A stretch of 64,000 bases of DNA from Eledone cirrhosa (lineage: Eukaryota): positions 156,302,001-156,366,000 of the forward strand of contig OZ024743.1 in assembly GCA_964016885.1 (NCBI GenBank), in the 5' to 3' direction. This document shows positions 39,651 through 54,881 of this stretch, piece by piece (the stretch's first letter is position 1; each line of letters opens with the position of its first letter). A program made the position numbers and the translations under genes. The notes beneath the pieces are model-generated. The model was not told the origin of the DNA. It saw only the letters and a program-made list of their open reading frames with translations, and did no database searches.

Positions 39651-40327
39651 TGATCTTTAACCATTTAAACATGTATATGGTGATTTGAAATCTTATCCAA
39701 GTAGTTTATTCACAATATAAATAATAATAATAATAATTATAGGATCTAATAGATAAAAGCATATCTTATCCAATGTTTATCGAAAACAAACCTTGAATAA
39801 TATGCTTGAAACCATATATAATTTAGAGTTATTTTCCCATAGTGCTTTACATAGTTAAAATTGACATATACGTTATGTATTTACGCACATAATTTTTAAA
39901 TTATTAAAATTAACCATATACATTAGTAGTTTATAATATACTACAATACAATACATATTTATGTAACAAATATAACATTCACATTCTTAACATATATGTT
40001 AAAATACATATATAAATGCGGAAGAAATTTTATTAAGTTGTATATACATATTTAGACAGCAATCTTGATGTTTCTGTCCGAGCTTATCCTTCGTTCTCAG
40101 CAGTGAAACATCAAATTTCCTCTCTAAATATGTATGTAAAAAAAAATAATATTTCTTCCCCATTTATTATTATTCATATAAATATGCACTTAACTGCACT
40201 TTGCATTTCCGCCGTTGAAAAAGCTCGATTAATTGCGGAAATACACACTCTATAAATAAAAGTTTTGATATTATACTGAAAAAGTCCCTCCCGCATTTTC
40301 TACTGACCTTTTACTTTTTTACTATTT

Positions 40328-40440
<113 letters not shown>

Positions 40441-40639
40441 CCTGTGTCATCTTACTACATTCCATATATATATGTATAAAGTTGGTGGTTCACTACGTGT
40501 AGAATTGGTCATTCTGCAATGTTAACCATTATCTAGTAGGAAAGCAATCGACGTTATGCAACTCATCTATCATTGATGTTGAATCCTGCTGGTATTTCTA
40601 AAACGGAGTTAAATCTTATATTGAAAAGTAAAATGGCAG

Positions 40640-42000
40640 GAGGTTAGACAGGTTGAATTCCCTTAATGATTTTAAATAATAATTTTAATCTATATATATA
40701 TAATGATAATGAGTATAACCGAAGTTGCAGCTGCTTGTAGCAGATTACCACTCGATCTTTTAAGACACGATGATACACTAATTGATAACTTTCTCCACAG
40801 AGTGAACACAAGAAATTAGGTAATAGTGACACCAGGAATAATGCGACCAGAGGAATTAATACTACAACAACGAAAAATACAGCCAGGTTAAAGATGAACC
40901 AGATTATCGTCGATATATAGTAAACGATAAATGTCTTCGATGGGATGATGGGAAATCCGGAAGTTACACTCCAAGTGTTTAATGTATATATGCAAGTTAG
41001 TAATGCATCCTTAGATAGAACGGGGATTTCCATTCATCAACAGATTTTTAGCCCCACGATTTACATTCATAGGGCTCTGACACAATACTGCAATTCCACT
41101 GTGGCAGTACATTTAGAATTGATGGCACGTGTCATTTGTCATTTTGGCGAGTTCATTCATAAGTGTGAACAAATGAATCCTTCATAGTATCGAATTAATT
41201 CTGAACTAGGTTTTCAAACACACAATTAAATAGTTTCTTTTGGGAACTTAGCAGTTAGATGTGTCTTGTCTTTGAACGGTTTGTATGTGCGTGTTATGGG
41301 GATTAAGTGTGTTGTGAAATCTGTTTCGAGATATTTGTGTGCGTTTTATATATTTCCGTAGTTCTGTATTCTTTGTGTTTATGACCATCTAGTTTTTAAT
41401 GTTTGTTTATTTGCGCTGTGTTTGCTTTTGTTGCTGTTGGGTGTGAATTCGGACTGCTTTTGTTATGGTGCTGTTTGTGTTGTTATTCTGGGGTGTTGCT
41501 GGTCGTTGTGGTGTTGGTGTGGTACTTGATTCTGATGTGTTTTTGTCTTGCAACTTATATTTGTTTTATCTTCTTCACTATTTATGTGGGAGAGGTTCAT
41601 TATAATTTGTAGTTTAATTTTTGTTCCGTTTATTTTCTTTTTGTCACCATTTTCTGACTGCTTGGAATCGGAGTGTGGAATCTCTTTCTTTCCAGTGAAA
41701 ATGTGGTGCGGGGATTCTGTTATTGTTGTAATGTGTTCTAGTGTTATTGTGGCTATGGTTGTTGGTAGTTTCGTTGTGTTTCTTGTTGAGATTTTTCCTC
41801 AGGATGGTGAAGATGTTGTTGTTTCATGTTATTTGGTGGCCATATCTGGTTGGTATTTAGTGTTTGGAGAAAAATTGGTCGCTTCTCGTTCTCCATTAGT
41901 TTTGGGCCCAAACCTTTTAGGTACGTTGGTGCAATACAAATTTGTCTTTGTGAGGACTTGTATAGACAGAACGAGCAAAGGTAGAACGTAAATATACTAA
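40640..42000 (-). mobile_element. possible highly decayed PLE relic
   Basis: A-rich minus strand with faint RT-thumb and GIY-YIG-like remnants. No clean motif. Confidence 0.3.
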
Positions 42001-42428
42001 TAAGAGACTGCGTTGTCTCATTAACCCAACAAGACCCATGAATGGGTGCTTTACAATCTCCATGATTAATACGTATGGGTTATATCATGGATGACGCCAG
42101 TCAACGACCTCATAACATTAAAGTCAGCCATAACGAACCTAATCTCCCAAATACATAAATATCACCTGATTTGGGCATGTCAATCTTTCAGATCTCGAAA
42201 TGAAGCAGGATTACGGCGGATTCATTAATCAGATATATCGAGAATACACTTAATATTGTTCATGCCATTTCTTTCTCAAATAAAACTATTTTCTCAGGAT
42301 CTCCGAGTCTTTCACTAAATATATATCCTAAAAAATAAAAATGACCAACAATGTACATATAGAGATTTATACATGTATGCATGTATATATAAAATTTATA
42401 AGATATTAAATCCAGAAAACCATACATG

Positions 42429-42560
<132 letters not shown>

Positions 42561-42639
42561 TGCGTGCGTGTGTGTGTATGTATGCATGGGTGTGTATGTG
42601 TGTGTGTATGCGTGTGTGTCTGTGTCTGCGTATGTGTGA

Positions 42640-42790
42640 ACTGTAAACCAACATAACAACGCAAACGGCACAGTATATGGAAGAAATGTTTTACTTTAAC
42701 GCTTTAAATAGCAGGAAGAGAGACGTACATTTCGGACGCCAATCCTCCATCAGAAAATAGAGTAAGGAATAGAAGATAAATAGAAATTAA
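42640..42790 (-). mobile_element. solo PLE pLTR related to 32340-32487
   Basis: Minus strand reads ctattttCTGATGGaggattggcgtccGAAAtgtac...cctgctatttaaagcgttaa...cttccatatactgt. Abuts a (TG)/(TA) tract. Confidence 0.75.
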
Positions 42791-43329
42791 AGAGTGATAA
42801 AATTAAAAACAAAAAAAAAATGGGAGTGGAAAAAGACACAAATGCGTATTCATTTAACCATATATACATAGGTATGTATGCATGTATGGCTTTCTAGTTT
42901 TATGGTTTTATAATTTCTTTCGAATAGAGAGAAGCGAGATAATTTCTTACATGGAGACAAGACTCTTTGACTGGATTTTAGACATCAACTTGGTAACTGT
43001 ATATGAGTATCATGTGCGTCTGTGCAGGTGTGGGTGTTATTTTAAGTGTGTAAGTGGATATTTAGAGTTATATATGTACACATGTATATCTGTCTATTTC
43101 TATACATGTCTATATTTAACTATTACTTGCTTAAATTTTAGCAACGTTTAAATAACGGGGCTCTTCTGTGAAACTCAGATTCTCAAGATTTGTATTGAGG
43201 CACTTAGTAACATATATCAGAGCCCTAACAAACTATATTGCACATACTGTTTGTTGCGCCTGATGTCTTAGCGGCAAAAAGCGAAACTAAATACAACTCA
43301 TTTGTTCCCTGCTAGTGTTCTCTAGGTGT

Positions 43330-43985
43330 GTCCATACCAAGTTGCTTCTCTTCTAGCTAATCTGTGGAGGAACTCATTGGACGCTGACTACATTCCTAAA
43401 AACTTTCTGTCCCAGTGTGTCACGCTCCAGTATTTGTTTAACAGTAACAAGACCCCTTGCTGTGATTTTAAGTCCAAAGCCACTCATCTCACATATCATT
43501 AGGTCATTTGAGAGGGTGATGAGTTCAGGAAGAACTCACTTCCTCGGAAACAACAATCTGCTGCACTCCAAATTGCATGGTTTCCATAATGATAGGGAGC
43601 GCCTAACACTGTCTCTGCATCATGTTGATGACATTGTAAGACTGTAACACTGGTGTCATATAAGTTGATTTCAGTAAGGCCTTCTACAGTCTTGATCACA
43701 AATTCTGTTGAAAAAACTATTTAATATTGATTTCTCTTGAAAGATACTACAATGGATTAAGTGTTCCCTGATAAACAGAGCCCAATATGTTGTAGTCGAT
43801 GGGATATAACTCGCATCTGATGACATAATTTCACCTAAACTGGTCCCGCTCTCTTTAACATCACACTAAAACACATAAAACCACATAAAACAGAAACAGA
43901 TTTCAGGATATTCAAAATGTTGGTTGACAAATTCCTCAAAAAAATTCCGGATAAAAACCCTACATTCGTATATGAATTCTAAAAC
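43330..43985 (+). mobile_element. decayed CR1-group LINE RT fragment
   Basis: LISHIIRSFERV..FLGNNNLLHSKLHGF..LHHVDDI, VDFSKAF..LDH, and C-terminal FKMLVDKFLKKIPD. Confidence 0.75.
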
Positions 43986-46725
43986 AATAACACCCAATGT
44001 GTGTGGGCCATTGTGTCCAAAATATAACTGTGGTGAGTCATGATTTCAAAGACTTCACTGGGTGGTTCTATTATGTTATAAATTGACTTGGTCAATACTG
44101 GTCGAAAACTAGCAGAGTTCAAACTGAAGTCACACAAAAAGAAATATGGTGGCACGACTCTGCCTATGTCAGCACGACATCCAGAAGTATTACAGTTACC
44201 GGAAATTGTGTATGCATGATTGTTGAAGTGTATTATGTGTCTCTGCATAAACATCTGTTATTCCTTTGGTTTATCAATGTATCTCTCATCAGAGAAAAAA
44301 AAAATCATTCCAGGCTTCTGTTGTTTCAACGACCATAACAAGCGTTTTGTGTGGACTAGACAGACATCCTTCGTCTTTGCAGACATCAATAGACCTCTCC
44401 GCATTACATATGATTTATATCGAAGGTATCCCTCCCATGCACATTTCTTTTCTTAAAGTTTGTCTTCAAACGTTAAACTCCTTGAAAACGGCTTTAATTG
44501 ATTTTCTGGTGTTCTTATCCATATGTTACTGCCTCTGTCGTACACATTTGGATGTCCTGTTGGTATTATGACCCTTTAGAATGCTCGTCAACGATATCCA
44601 GCTCTTTGAGAACTTTTAAAACAAATGACAGTGTAACTTTCAGGAAGCGAATAATCATTAAATCCTTATGCCCTGCCTTTAATGTAGAGATTACAGCGTA
44701 TGTTTTTATTTACTAACTTAGCTTAATATCTTAAAATTTATCTGAAAACAAATTATTATTGAAACAAGCAAGAGCTATTAAAAACCTGTCCGAAACAATT
44801 TTACAACCCTGTATTCCGTATGAATACATATCTATATATATGTAATATGTGCATTCTATTAACATAAGATATATGTTAAGGGGAGTGTATTGATATTTAT
44901 ATCCACGTTAAAACGGAAATTCTAGTTGTGTGCAAACTCACTTCAGATTATTTTAAGTTCCTTCAATAAATAAAGTGTTCATACCAAGTAATGGTATATT
45001 GTTGTTTCGTTCATTAATTGAGTAAAGCAAAATATATCAAAATACTAAATGATATAATTTCTACATCGCATATGTACTATATATGTTGAGTCATTAAGAT
45101 AATGCATATATACAGGTGAATGTATGTGTGTATGCGTGTGTTTGTTTGTGTGCGTGTGTATATATGCATACCTACCAAAATAATATATTAGCATATGTAC
45201 AAAGCACAATATATTATAATTTACACGATGTAACATTTAAGTAAGACTGTATTATTTATCACTTCTTTTTACTAATATATATATTTGTCCTTTAAAGAAT
45301 CAACTTAGTCAACACTGTTTAATATCAGAAGCTATCATCGACAAACACATTATCACAGTTCCTATCTGTCTCTGTATTATGATATATTGACATAACTAAA
45401 GCTACAAGTTAGCTAGAAACTATCTCAGCATTATAATTTTGTGACTGGATTTCTGTGCGATTGCTATTATAAGGCATTAAGGACATTGGTTATGAGCCAC
45501 TGTTTCATATCCGTTTCGTTCTGTTTGTGTATGACCAGCATTCCTGGGCCTGAAACCGTCAACCGGAATTTCGTGTACTTGTATCTATTATTCTCTATTG
45601 GAATAATTGAAATCTAACTCACTGTTTCCCTTTTTCATGCGTATGTTTGTATGCAATACAAATTGACTGGGAATGTCTTCATCCGTATGTGCATTACACT
45701 AGATCTCTATATCAGCCCGAATCCAATTATTAGATTCTATTCCACATCAGATATTCAAACCCACCAATCCCACCGAGTTACCTACATTTCTCTGTAGAGA
45801 GTAAACTGCAAGTAATCATGCTGAAATTAGTTATATAATCTCACTCTTCTGTCATTTGCATTAACGACTCATCGGGTTCACCACCAGCTATGACAATATC
45901 ATATACAGAATGGAATAGATCATTATTGTGGACTATAGAAGCATAGAAATTATATAATTACTTAGTGTGTTGCAGTTGGTTATAATGTTCATATGAAATA
46001 ATTGTGTGCGCAAGAAAGGATACTTAGTTCCTACTTCAGGCAAAAAGTCAGTAATTTAAGGGAAGGCGAAATGTTCATTGAATTAAGGAAGATGGCTACA
46101 GCAGTGTCAATGAGTCTATGGATACAGGATTTAACCATAGTTTCCTGTATTATGTTTAGGCACCTCTTAATTCCGCTCGTCTATCACTGATGTGATGAGA
46201 ATGTAATGTTTTCAAATAATATGATTATGTTCCGTTGTGTAGACACAGAATTTCTCACCAAATTAAAAATATCATGATTGTGAATGTATTTATTGGAGTT
46301 CACTCATTTCCCCGTGAAGTGCTAACAGTCCTGCAAATGGTTGGAGCAAAACACTTTCTCGTCAATAATTAATGAAGTAACAATCAATTACCGTTTTACG
46401 TTATGTAGCACATGCAATAAATCCTCATTCGAGAGACAACCAATTTATTTCATGTAACATTCCCCCAAAATATGTCATATTGTCCCCTGTCTCTATGTTG
46501 TGTTGTCTCATATGTATATTTATGTTGGCTTGTTCTAAGTCATCATCCGAGATTACATATTATATAATACGACTCCTATGCTCGAAATAGATTTAACTAG
46601 AGGCTGGCTGAAGAGGAAGTGGAATAATGTTGTTCAATTACCTCGCATATTTCGTTTTTCTCTTTCCTTAGGTGTACAATGTTCTATTCATTACTAAAGT
46701 AACGCTATGCATTTTTTTTCTCTGA

Positions 46726-46925
46726 NNNNNNNNNNNNNNNNNNNNNNNNNNNNNNNNNNNNNNNNNNNNNNNNNNNNNNNNNNNNNNNNNNNNNNNNNNN
46801 NNNNNNNNNNNNNNNNNNNNNNNNNNNNNNNNNNNNNNNNNNNNNNNNNNNNNNNNNNNNNNNNNNNNNNNNNNNNNNNNNNNNNNNNNNNNNNNNNNNN
46901 NNNNNNNNNNNNNNNNNNNNNNNNN
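46726..46925. other. assembly gap (200 N)
   Basis: Run of N. Confidence 1.
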
Positions 46926-47635
46926 CTTGTAATGGATGCAAGCAATGCATCTGTAGTTAATGCACGCATTATAATATAAAGTAACGTTGGATTTTATAAA
47001 TTATCTTTTTTTATTTACTCAAAAAAATAAAACGCATTCCTAACTTACAACATACGCCTAATCATATTTTATTTAAGCTGATATGCTATCATACCTTTAC
47101 CATGTATAAACAGACGATTATGTATAGACACACGTGTACTGGTTAATTGCTGGCCTTGTGCCAAATGTAGAAACAATTATATGAATAGTTAACGTTTGAT
47201 TTGAGAAATATATTTGCTTTGCCATGTTTGTAGGTTGACAACGTAGGTTAAACCAGTTTATGCACGTTCGCGTTATCCTACAGATGTGTGTATTTGTAGG
47301 GAAGCCATGTGCTTAAGCACATCACTTCAGTCCGTAAAGGGACGTAGGTATGCTGGAAAGCATAGCGTCCGATTCTCTACAGATACTGCCAATCAACCAT
47401 CAACTATTCTTATTTTGTTAGGATATACTCAAAGCATATTGAGCTGGTTCGAAACAATAACGCGGACTTACATGAAATCATGCCCAGATAAACAAACAGA
47501 CACGTGAAGTCATCCGCATTTCTACATACACATATTTGAAATCATGTATATATATATATATATATAGAGAGAGAGACAGACAGAAAGAGAAAAACAGATG
47601 TACATCTCTATGCACATCTATGTTTTATTATTATA

Positions 47636-47825
47636 GGTGGATTGGCAGTATCGGTAGAGGGTCGGACGCCATGCTTTGACGTATAGAGTTACGGCCCTTG
47701 CCATTCTGAGTTCAAATCCCGCCGAGGTTAACTTTGCCTTTCATCCTTACGGGGTCGATAAAATAAAGTACCAGTAATGCACTGGGTAATTGCTGGCCTT
47801 GTGCCAACAGTAGAAACAATTATTA
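47636..47825 (+). mobile_element. tRNA-derived SINE copy (3'-end fragment also at about 47137-47180)
   Basis: Colinear match to 12705-12890, flanked by ATT repeats. Confidence 0.9.
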
Positions 47826-48842
47826 CCATTGAAACAAATACGGTGCCTTAAAACGCAAGCAAAGACATATAACACACATTTATATCATTTACTTTTTATC
47901 AACTTCACTTAGCAGATCACATACATCATCTTATGTTCTGTATTAATATAACTATATATTTTGGTATTTTCTATTAGTGAAGCAAGAGCGTGCAATATAT
48001 TATTTCATATTAATGTATTTTCTTTCTCATACCTTCTGAAAAAGGATCTACTTAAGATTCATCATTTCAAGATCAGTCGCTTTAATATTTTGATAGTAAT
48101 ATCAGAATTTCGTTCACATATAATTTTGGCCTTAAGTTAAATAGATTAACTGGTTTGCTTTGTCTTATATTGTTTAATCAGAAAAGGAAACGTAGTATAT
48201 TTGTTCTGAAATCGACGCTGGCTTATGAGAGTGGAAGTCTCATTGGAAAAATATAAGTAGAGAAGTATTTGGAATTAATAAACTCTGTTGACCAAACTGT
48301 TGGTAATATATATGTAGGTGAAGTGCTGTCAGGTGTACACCTGTACACCTGTACAACTAGACCTGCAAGTAGAAATGCACACCTACCCTACCAGACACTC
48401 ATTGTGACACTCAAATCTCTACACCTCCAGTGGTAGCACCAGCTAAGTCGCGGTCTGACTAAAAATACACATACAAATTGCACGCAGACGGCAGACAAGG
48501 AAGGTCACAGGTTATTCCCTTCCTCGACTCTTTCCCAATAGAAAACACCCTTGTTGATGGATGTGAAATCCGAATTATAGGGACCATTACATAGCCGCCA
48601 GGGTAACACTATCTCTTGTTGTCTTGTTATGCGTTTCTTACCTTCTTTTACGCTCTCTACATTTTTTTTCTACGCTTCTTCCTGCTTCTCATTCTCATCT
48701 CACTAACACCAGATATTGGTACGCGGAGATTTACTCAACTGCGTTTTTAAGCCTTCCAAAACGACTATTTTTCATGCTTCAAGAAAACTTTAACACTCTC
48801 TTATATACGTATTCATATGAAAAGATTCAAGACCATGACGGC

Positions 48843-48930
<88 letters not shown>

Positions 48931-48935
<5 letters not shown>

Positions 48936-51900
48936 TAGCGAGGTTTTTTATATGAAATCGTGTGTCGAAACAAATATTGTTATACTTGGGGAGGGTCATA
49001 TTTGTGTAATATTGCCAGAATTAATAACAGAACACACTAACCGTTTGGTTGGTTTTCGCTTCTCGCTGTTCTTTATATCTGCGATCTAACTTAATCGGTC
49101 CTCAATGTTGCCATTGACTGACCGACGGTCAAAAATAATACAGATACAATATAGACACAAACACATATATATAGTTTACATAATTTACATAAATCTTTCG
49201 TTGCACATCTGCAACATCGTCAGTGGTGTTATATTTTTTCCTCCTGTTGTGTTGTATGTCTACGCCACTTTTTATTCAGTCTGTCTATATATTTATTTAT
49301 TTATTTGCTTGTTTGTTTATTTTATTTTGTCTTCTTTGCGCATGCGTTTGCGTGTGTGTATAGTGTTATGTTTGCTGTGTGACTAGTGTGTATAGTGTTG
49401 TGTCTGCTGGGTGACTAGTGTGTGTTTATGTGCTTGTTGTTATTGTGCTTGTGTATGTATTTATTTATCTTACTTTATTTTATTTTATTTACTTATTTAT
49501 ACATCTCTTAGGTCAGTGTTGTTTGTTTGGGTGTTGTTGTTGTTCCACTCATTCTTTCTGTTTAGCTTTGGTCTTCTAATTTCTATTTCACTGGCCTCTC
49601 TGATTTGCCTATCTGCTGGGTCATTCCTATGTTTAGATATTATTCTAATTTCTATGTTGTCTATGTTACGGTCATGTTGTTGTCTAGCATGTTCGTATAG
49701 TACTGACCCGTTTTTTTGTCCTTTTAGTTCCCCCCAGTGTTGGTCTATCCTTTCACCTATGCTACGAGCTGTTTCACCTATGTATGTTGTTGTCATGTTT
49801 CTGCAAGTACCCTCTGTACATCTTATGCTATAGACTACGTTTCTAGTTTTACAGTTTATCCGGGGGTTCACCTTACATATGATACATTTCCTATTGGTAC
49901 AGTGGGTTTTCTTAAAAAAGTAGGTTTTGCTGATCAGGGATTTTATGGTGGTTCCTGGCTTTTCTACCACCTTTATTTTTAAGTGGGTCTTTCTCAGGGC
50001 CTTTCTACACTGGTTAGCTAATTTCCCTCCAGGGGTGGCGTCCACAAACATGACACTCTGATATCTCTGGTTGTCGTACCATGATGTGGCCTTCCCTATC
50101 TTATGTCTAGCCCTATCTAAGCTATTCCATGATTTGCTCCTGTATAATGGGCAAATTCCTTTCATGTCCAGTTCTATGAGGGTATTTTACTTTTCCATGG
50201 CTCCTTCGTATACTCTGACTCTGTCTCTTTGGTTGTAGCCAGAGAATTGCATGCGGTTGATGAAGTGTTGGATGTGTCTTTCCATTTCTGTTGGGTCGCA
50301 CATGCTGGACACATTCTTCATCACTCGTACCAAATCTGCGATCAGAATATTAAACTTAGCACTGCTGGACATTGCTGAGTTTTTGAGTATCAGGTATTTG
50401 GAGGCCATGGGTTTAGCATAGTGTGAGTGGAGAATTTGGACTCTCTCGTCTATAGTGTTAATCCAGAGTTCTGTGTCTAATACAGGTAGTCTATTGTTAG
50501 GTTGTTTGGAAGGGAAGTCGATAGTTACAGTTATACACTGGTGTATGGAATTAGCTATCTGCTGGATGCTTTCCATCGTGCTACGTTCTAAATCAAACTT
50601 GTTAGTGCTCTCTCGTGGGGGTGTTCTTATAACTATATTGATATCGTCTACATAACGAGAGTACATGATGAGGTATATGGAGCTTTCATTAAGGAGATCT
50701 TTAAGTCTCCTTTCCCACCATACCATGAAACGGTTGGCAACATCACCAGCTATGCTGACGCCGATGGCTGCTCCCTCATTTTGGGTGTAGGTTTTCTGAT
50801 TGAACTTAAATATGTGGCCCTTTAGGGTAGTTTTGATACTAGCCCCTATTGCATGTGCGACCATTTTTCTTACCTGATCATTGTTTTGAGGGGTCCGTAT
50901 AGCTTTGGTCCACCCAATCCACCTTCCCATGGGAGTCTTTTTTGCCTTTGAGGTTATGGTGGGGATTCTACCTCTTATAGGTCTACTAGGGCAGACACAT
51001 CTAAGGTCATGGCTGTCTAGGTAGTCAGTGTCGTAGGTAAGTCTAAGTAGGAGGCCCAGTTCGTCTGTGTCGACGTCGCAGAACTCCACCTCACTCACAA
51101 CGATCAACTCCACACATCTTTTCACAGCAAAATCAATGTTAATAGATGGGTACAGTGACACCACATCCATGCTGCCTATTATGCAGTTGGATAGGCTCCT
51201 GTTTTTGTTGCACTCACTGATTCTGCTGAGTAGGTCCTCTGTACTTTCACATACATCTGGGGACATCTTGATTATGGGGCGTATAACCATTGAGAGGAAG
51301 TAGGAGATCCTGTAGTTGCTAGCTATATTAGCTCCGCATACGGGTTTTGTTGGTGGTCCTGTTGTCGGATCGTCGACTGTCTTGTGGTCTTTGCGGAGCC
51401 AATACAAGGGTGGTATGCCATTGTTAGACGCCTGGAAGTTGTTGGCAGTGCGTCTGCTTGGCTTTAGGATGTTAGTCCACATCATCATGTGAGCGTTGAA
51501 TATTTTTTTCTCTCCCATCGTGTGTTTGTTGTGCAACTTCGCTCGTGTTGGTGATGTGGGGTTGCATAGCCTCGATGTAGTTCGGCATGCTATCTATTGA
51601 CATCCTACCAGACTTATCTGTGGGTAGACACACTACCTCACCATCCCTTGTGCGCTGCTTGAGGCTAACCAAGCCTTCTACAGGTTTCCTCCCAAGTTGT
51701 TGGGCCTCTGGTCTGCTCTGTCTCATAGTGTACCTGTCTACTACTTGTCTAAACTTATTTCTAGCTATGGTGAACTGTGCCTCTGTCTTGTCATCTATTT
51801 GCTCTGGTATGCAAACTCTTTTATTAAAGGGTAACCTCGTAGGATAGATATTACCCATCTTATATGTTTTGTCAGCTGGGTTGAAAAATAGTTTCTCTAA

Positions 51901-53287
51901 GGGGTTGTCATTATATCTATCGTCATAGTTGTGTGTGTTGCTATTGTTGTTATCTGGGTGGTTGTTGTTATTTCTATCATTAGCATTATTATTATTGTTA
52001 TGATTGCTAGTTGTATTGTTGTTTACTTCACCGTTATTGTTGTTGTTGTTACTGTTATTTCTACCATTGTGGTTGTTACTATTATTATGTTTCTTGTTTT
52101 TGTTGATGTTGCTACATGTACTATTTCCATTATTACCATGTGGTTATTGTTGTTGTTGTTCGTATTGTTACCGTTATTACTACTGTGGTCGCTGTTGCTG
52201 TGTCTGTGGTTAATGTTTCTATTATTATTATTATTGTGGTTGTTGTTGTTTACCTTTGCATTCCAACGTATTTTTGTGAAACACTTTTCCAGCTCCGTTT
52301 TGCACTCCATAGGGTTAATCTTTTTGTAGATGGCAAATTTTGGTGGTAACCGTACGATTTGTTGTTCTTGTTCACTGATTAAAATGTTACCATAGATATT
52401 TACTGTGTGGTCATTGGTAAATTATTCCGGTAGTTTTACATCAGTCATACGGATATTGTCGCTGTTATCTGGGTATTTTTGAGAATATTCGGTTTTCCTT
52501 ACTTGTAGTTTTTTCTTATTCATCCATTCTAATTTCTTCTTGAAATGCCTATTGCATTTGTTTTGAGCGTATTTCTTTTCACGTCTGATGACGCGCATGA
52601 AGTTATCTCTCTCCTTTGCTGTGATGAGATTTCGGATTTCCTTACCGTTAATGCGTTTCTGTCTGTAGAGTGCGTTGACTTTTGTGAATGTTGTTCTTTT
52701 CATATTAACTATTATTGTGTGTTTTAGTCGCTCGGCTTGTGTTTTGTTCAATAATAAATTATTTACTTGTTTTGATATGTTTGTTGTGTATATTTTGGAG
52801 GAAACACAGTGTTTTAAGAAGCGGATTTGTTCTGTTGTTATTGTAGTTTTTATATAACAGAAAACAGTGTCTTTCAATAACCTTTCAGCTTGGCACAAGC
52901 TAATGCCGTAGCGGCGATGAATTAGTTTAGCGATGTTTTTTATATGAAATCGTGTGTCGAAACAAATATTGTTATACTTGGGGAGGGTCATATTTGTGTA
53001 ATATTGCCAGAATTAATAACAGAACACACTCACTGTTTGGTTGTTTTTCGCTTCTCGCTGTCTTTTATATCTGCGATCTAACTTAATCGGTCCTCAATGT
53101 TGCCATTGACTGACCGACGGTCAAAAATAATACATATACAGTATAGACACAAACACATATATATAGTTTACATAATTTACATACATCTTTCGTTGCACAT
53201 CTGCAACATCGTCAGTGGTGTTATATTTTTTCCTCCTGTTGTGTTGTATGTCTACGCCATTTTTTATTCAGTCTGTCTATATATTTA
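48931..53287 (-). mobile_element. full-length Penelope-like element with direct pseudo-LTRs
   Basis: Direct repeats 48931-49295 and 52922-53287 that include the ORF start MTLPKYNNICFDTRFHIKN. Disrupted ORF 52991-49497. Abuts (TA)n at 48848-48931. Confidence 0.93.
49497..52991 (-). pseudogene. PLE RT plus C-terminal GIY-YIG polyprotein (several frameshifts)
   Basis: Motifs FLKHC, KIRW, an Asn-rich insert, PTDKSG, LRKDHK, SMDVVSLYPSI, QNEGAAIG, YSRYVDD, LPVLD, CTNRKCIIC and VVYSIRC..YIGETARS. Confidence 0.92.
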
Positions 53288-54881
53288 GATGGAAAGCATC
53301 CAGCAGATAGCTAATTCCATACACCAGAGTATAATTGTAACTATCGACTTCCCTTCCAAACACCCTAACAATAGACTACCTGTATTAGACACAGAACTCT
53401 TGATTAACACTATAGACGAGAGAGCCCAAATTCTCCACTCACACTATGCTAAACCCATGGCCTCCAAATACCTGATACTCAAAAACTCAGCAATGTCCAG
53501 TAGTGCTAAGTTTAATATTCTGATCGCATATTTGGTACGAGTGATGAGGAATGTGTCCAGCATGCGCGACCCAACAGAAATGGAAAGACACATCCAACAC
53601 TTCATCAACCGCATGCAATTTTCTGGCTACAACCAAAGAGACAGAGTCAGAGTATACGAAGGAGCCATGGAAAAGTATAAGACCCTCATAGAACTGAACA
53701 TGAAAGGAATTTGCCCATTATACAGGATCAAATCATGGAATAGCTTAGATAGGGCTAGACATAAGATAGGGAAGGCCACATCATGGTACGACAACCAGAG
53801 ATATCAGAGTGTCATGTTTGTGGACGCCACCCCTGGAGGGAATTAGCTAATCAGTGTAGAAAAGCCCTGAGAAAGACCCACTTAAAAATAAAGGTGGTAG
53901 AAAAGCCAGGAACCACCATAAAATCCCTGATCAGCAAAACCTACTTTTTTAAGAAAACCCACTGTACCAATAGGAAATGTATCATATGTAAGGTGAACCC
54001 CCGGATAAACTGTAAAACTAGAAACGTAGTCTATAGCATAAGATGTACAGAGGGTACTTGCAGAAACATGACAACAACATACATAGGTGAAACAGCTCGT
54101 AGCATAGGTGAAAGGATAGACCAACACTGGGGGGAACTAAAAGGACAAAAAAACGGGTCAGTACTATACGAACATGCTAGACAACAACATGACCGTAACA
54201 TAGACAACATAGAAATTAGAATAATATATAAACATAGGAATGACCCAGCAGATAGGAAAATCAGAGAGGCCAGTGAAATAGAAATTAGAAGACCAAAGCT
54301 AAACAGAAAGAATGAGTGGAACAACAACAACACCCAAACAAACAACACTGACCTAAGAGAAGTATAAATAAGTAAATAAAATAAAATAAAATAAGATAAA
54401 CAAATACATACACAAGCACAATAACAACAAGCATATAAACACACACCAGTCACCCAGCAGACACAACACTATACACACTAGTCACACAGCAAACATAACA
54501 CTATACACACACGCAAACGCATGCGCAAAGAAGACAAAATAAAATAAACAAACAAGCAAATAAATAAATAAATATATAGACAGACTGAATAAAAAATGGC
54601 GTAGACATACAACACAACAGGAGGAAAAATATAACACCACTGACGATGTTGCAGATGTGCAACGAAAGATTTATGTAAATTATGTAAACTATATATATGT
54701 GTTTGTGTCTATATTGTATCTGTATTATTTTTGACCGTCGGTCAGTCAATGGCAACATTGAGGACCGATTAAGTTAGATCGCAGATATAAAGGACAGCGA
54801 GAAGCGAAAACCAACCAAACGGTGAGTGTGTTCTGTTATTAATTCTGGCAATATTACACAAATATGAACCTCACCAAGTAT

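Noticed and set aside
45525-45570. Hammerhead-like ATGA-ccag..ctgg-..GAAACCGTC
   Set aside because: CUGA is missing and stem I does not pair.
46694-46979. ORFs spanning X runs
   Set aside because: Artefact of the 200-N gap.
51931-52349. Hydrophobic membrane-protein-like ORFs on the plus strand
   Set aside because: They are the antisense of the AAC/AAT-rich (Asn-rich) PLE insert.
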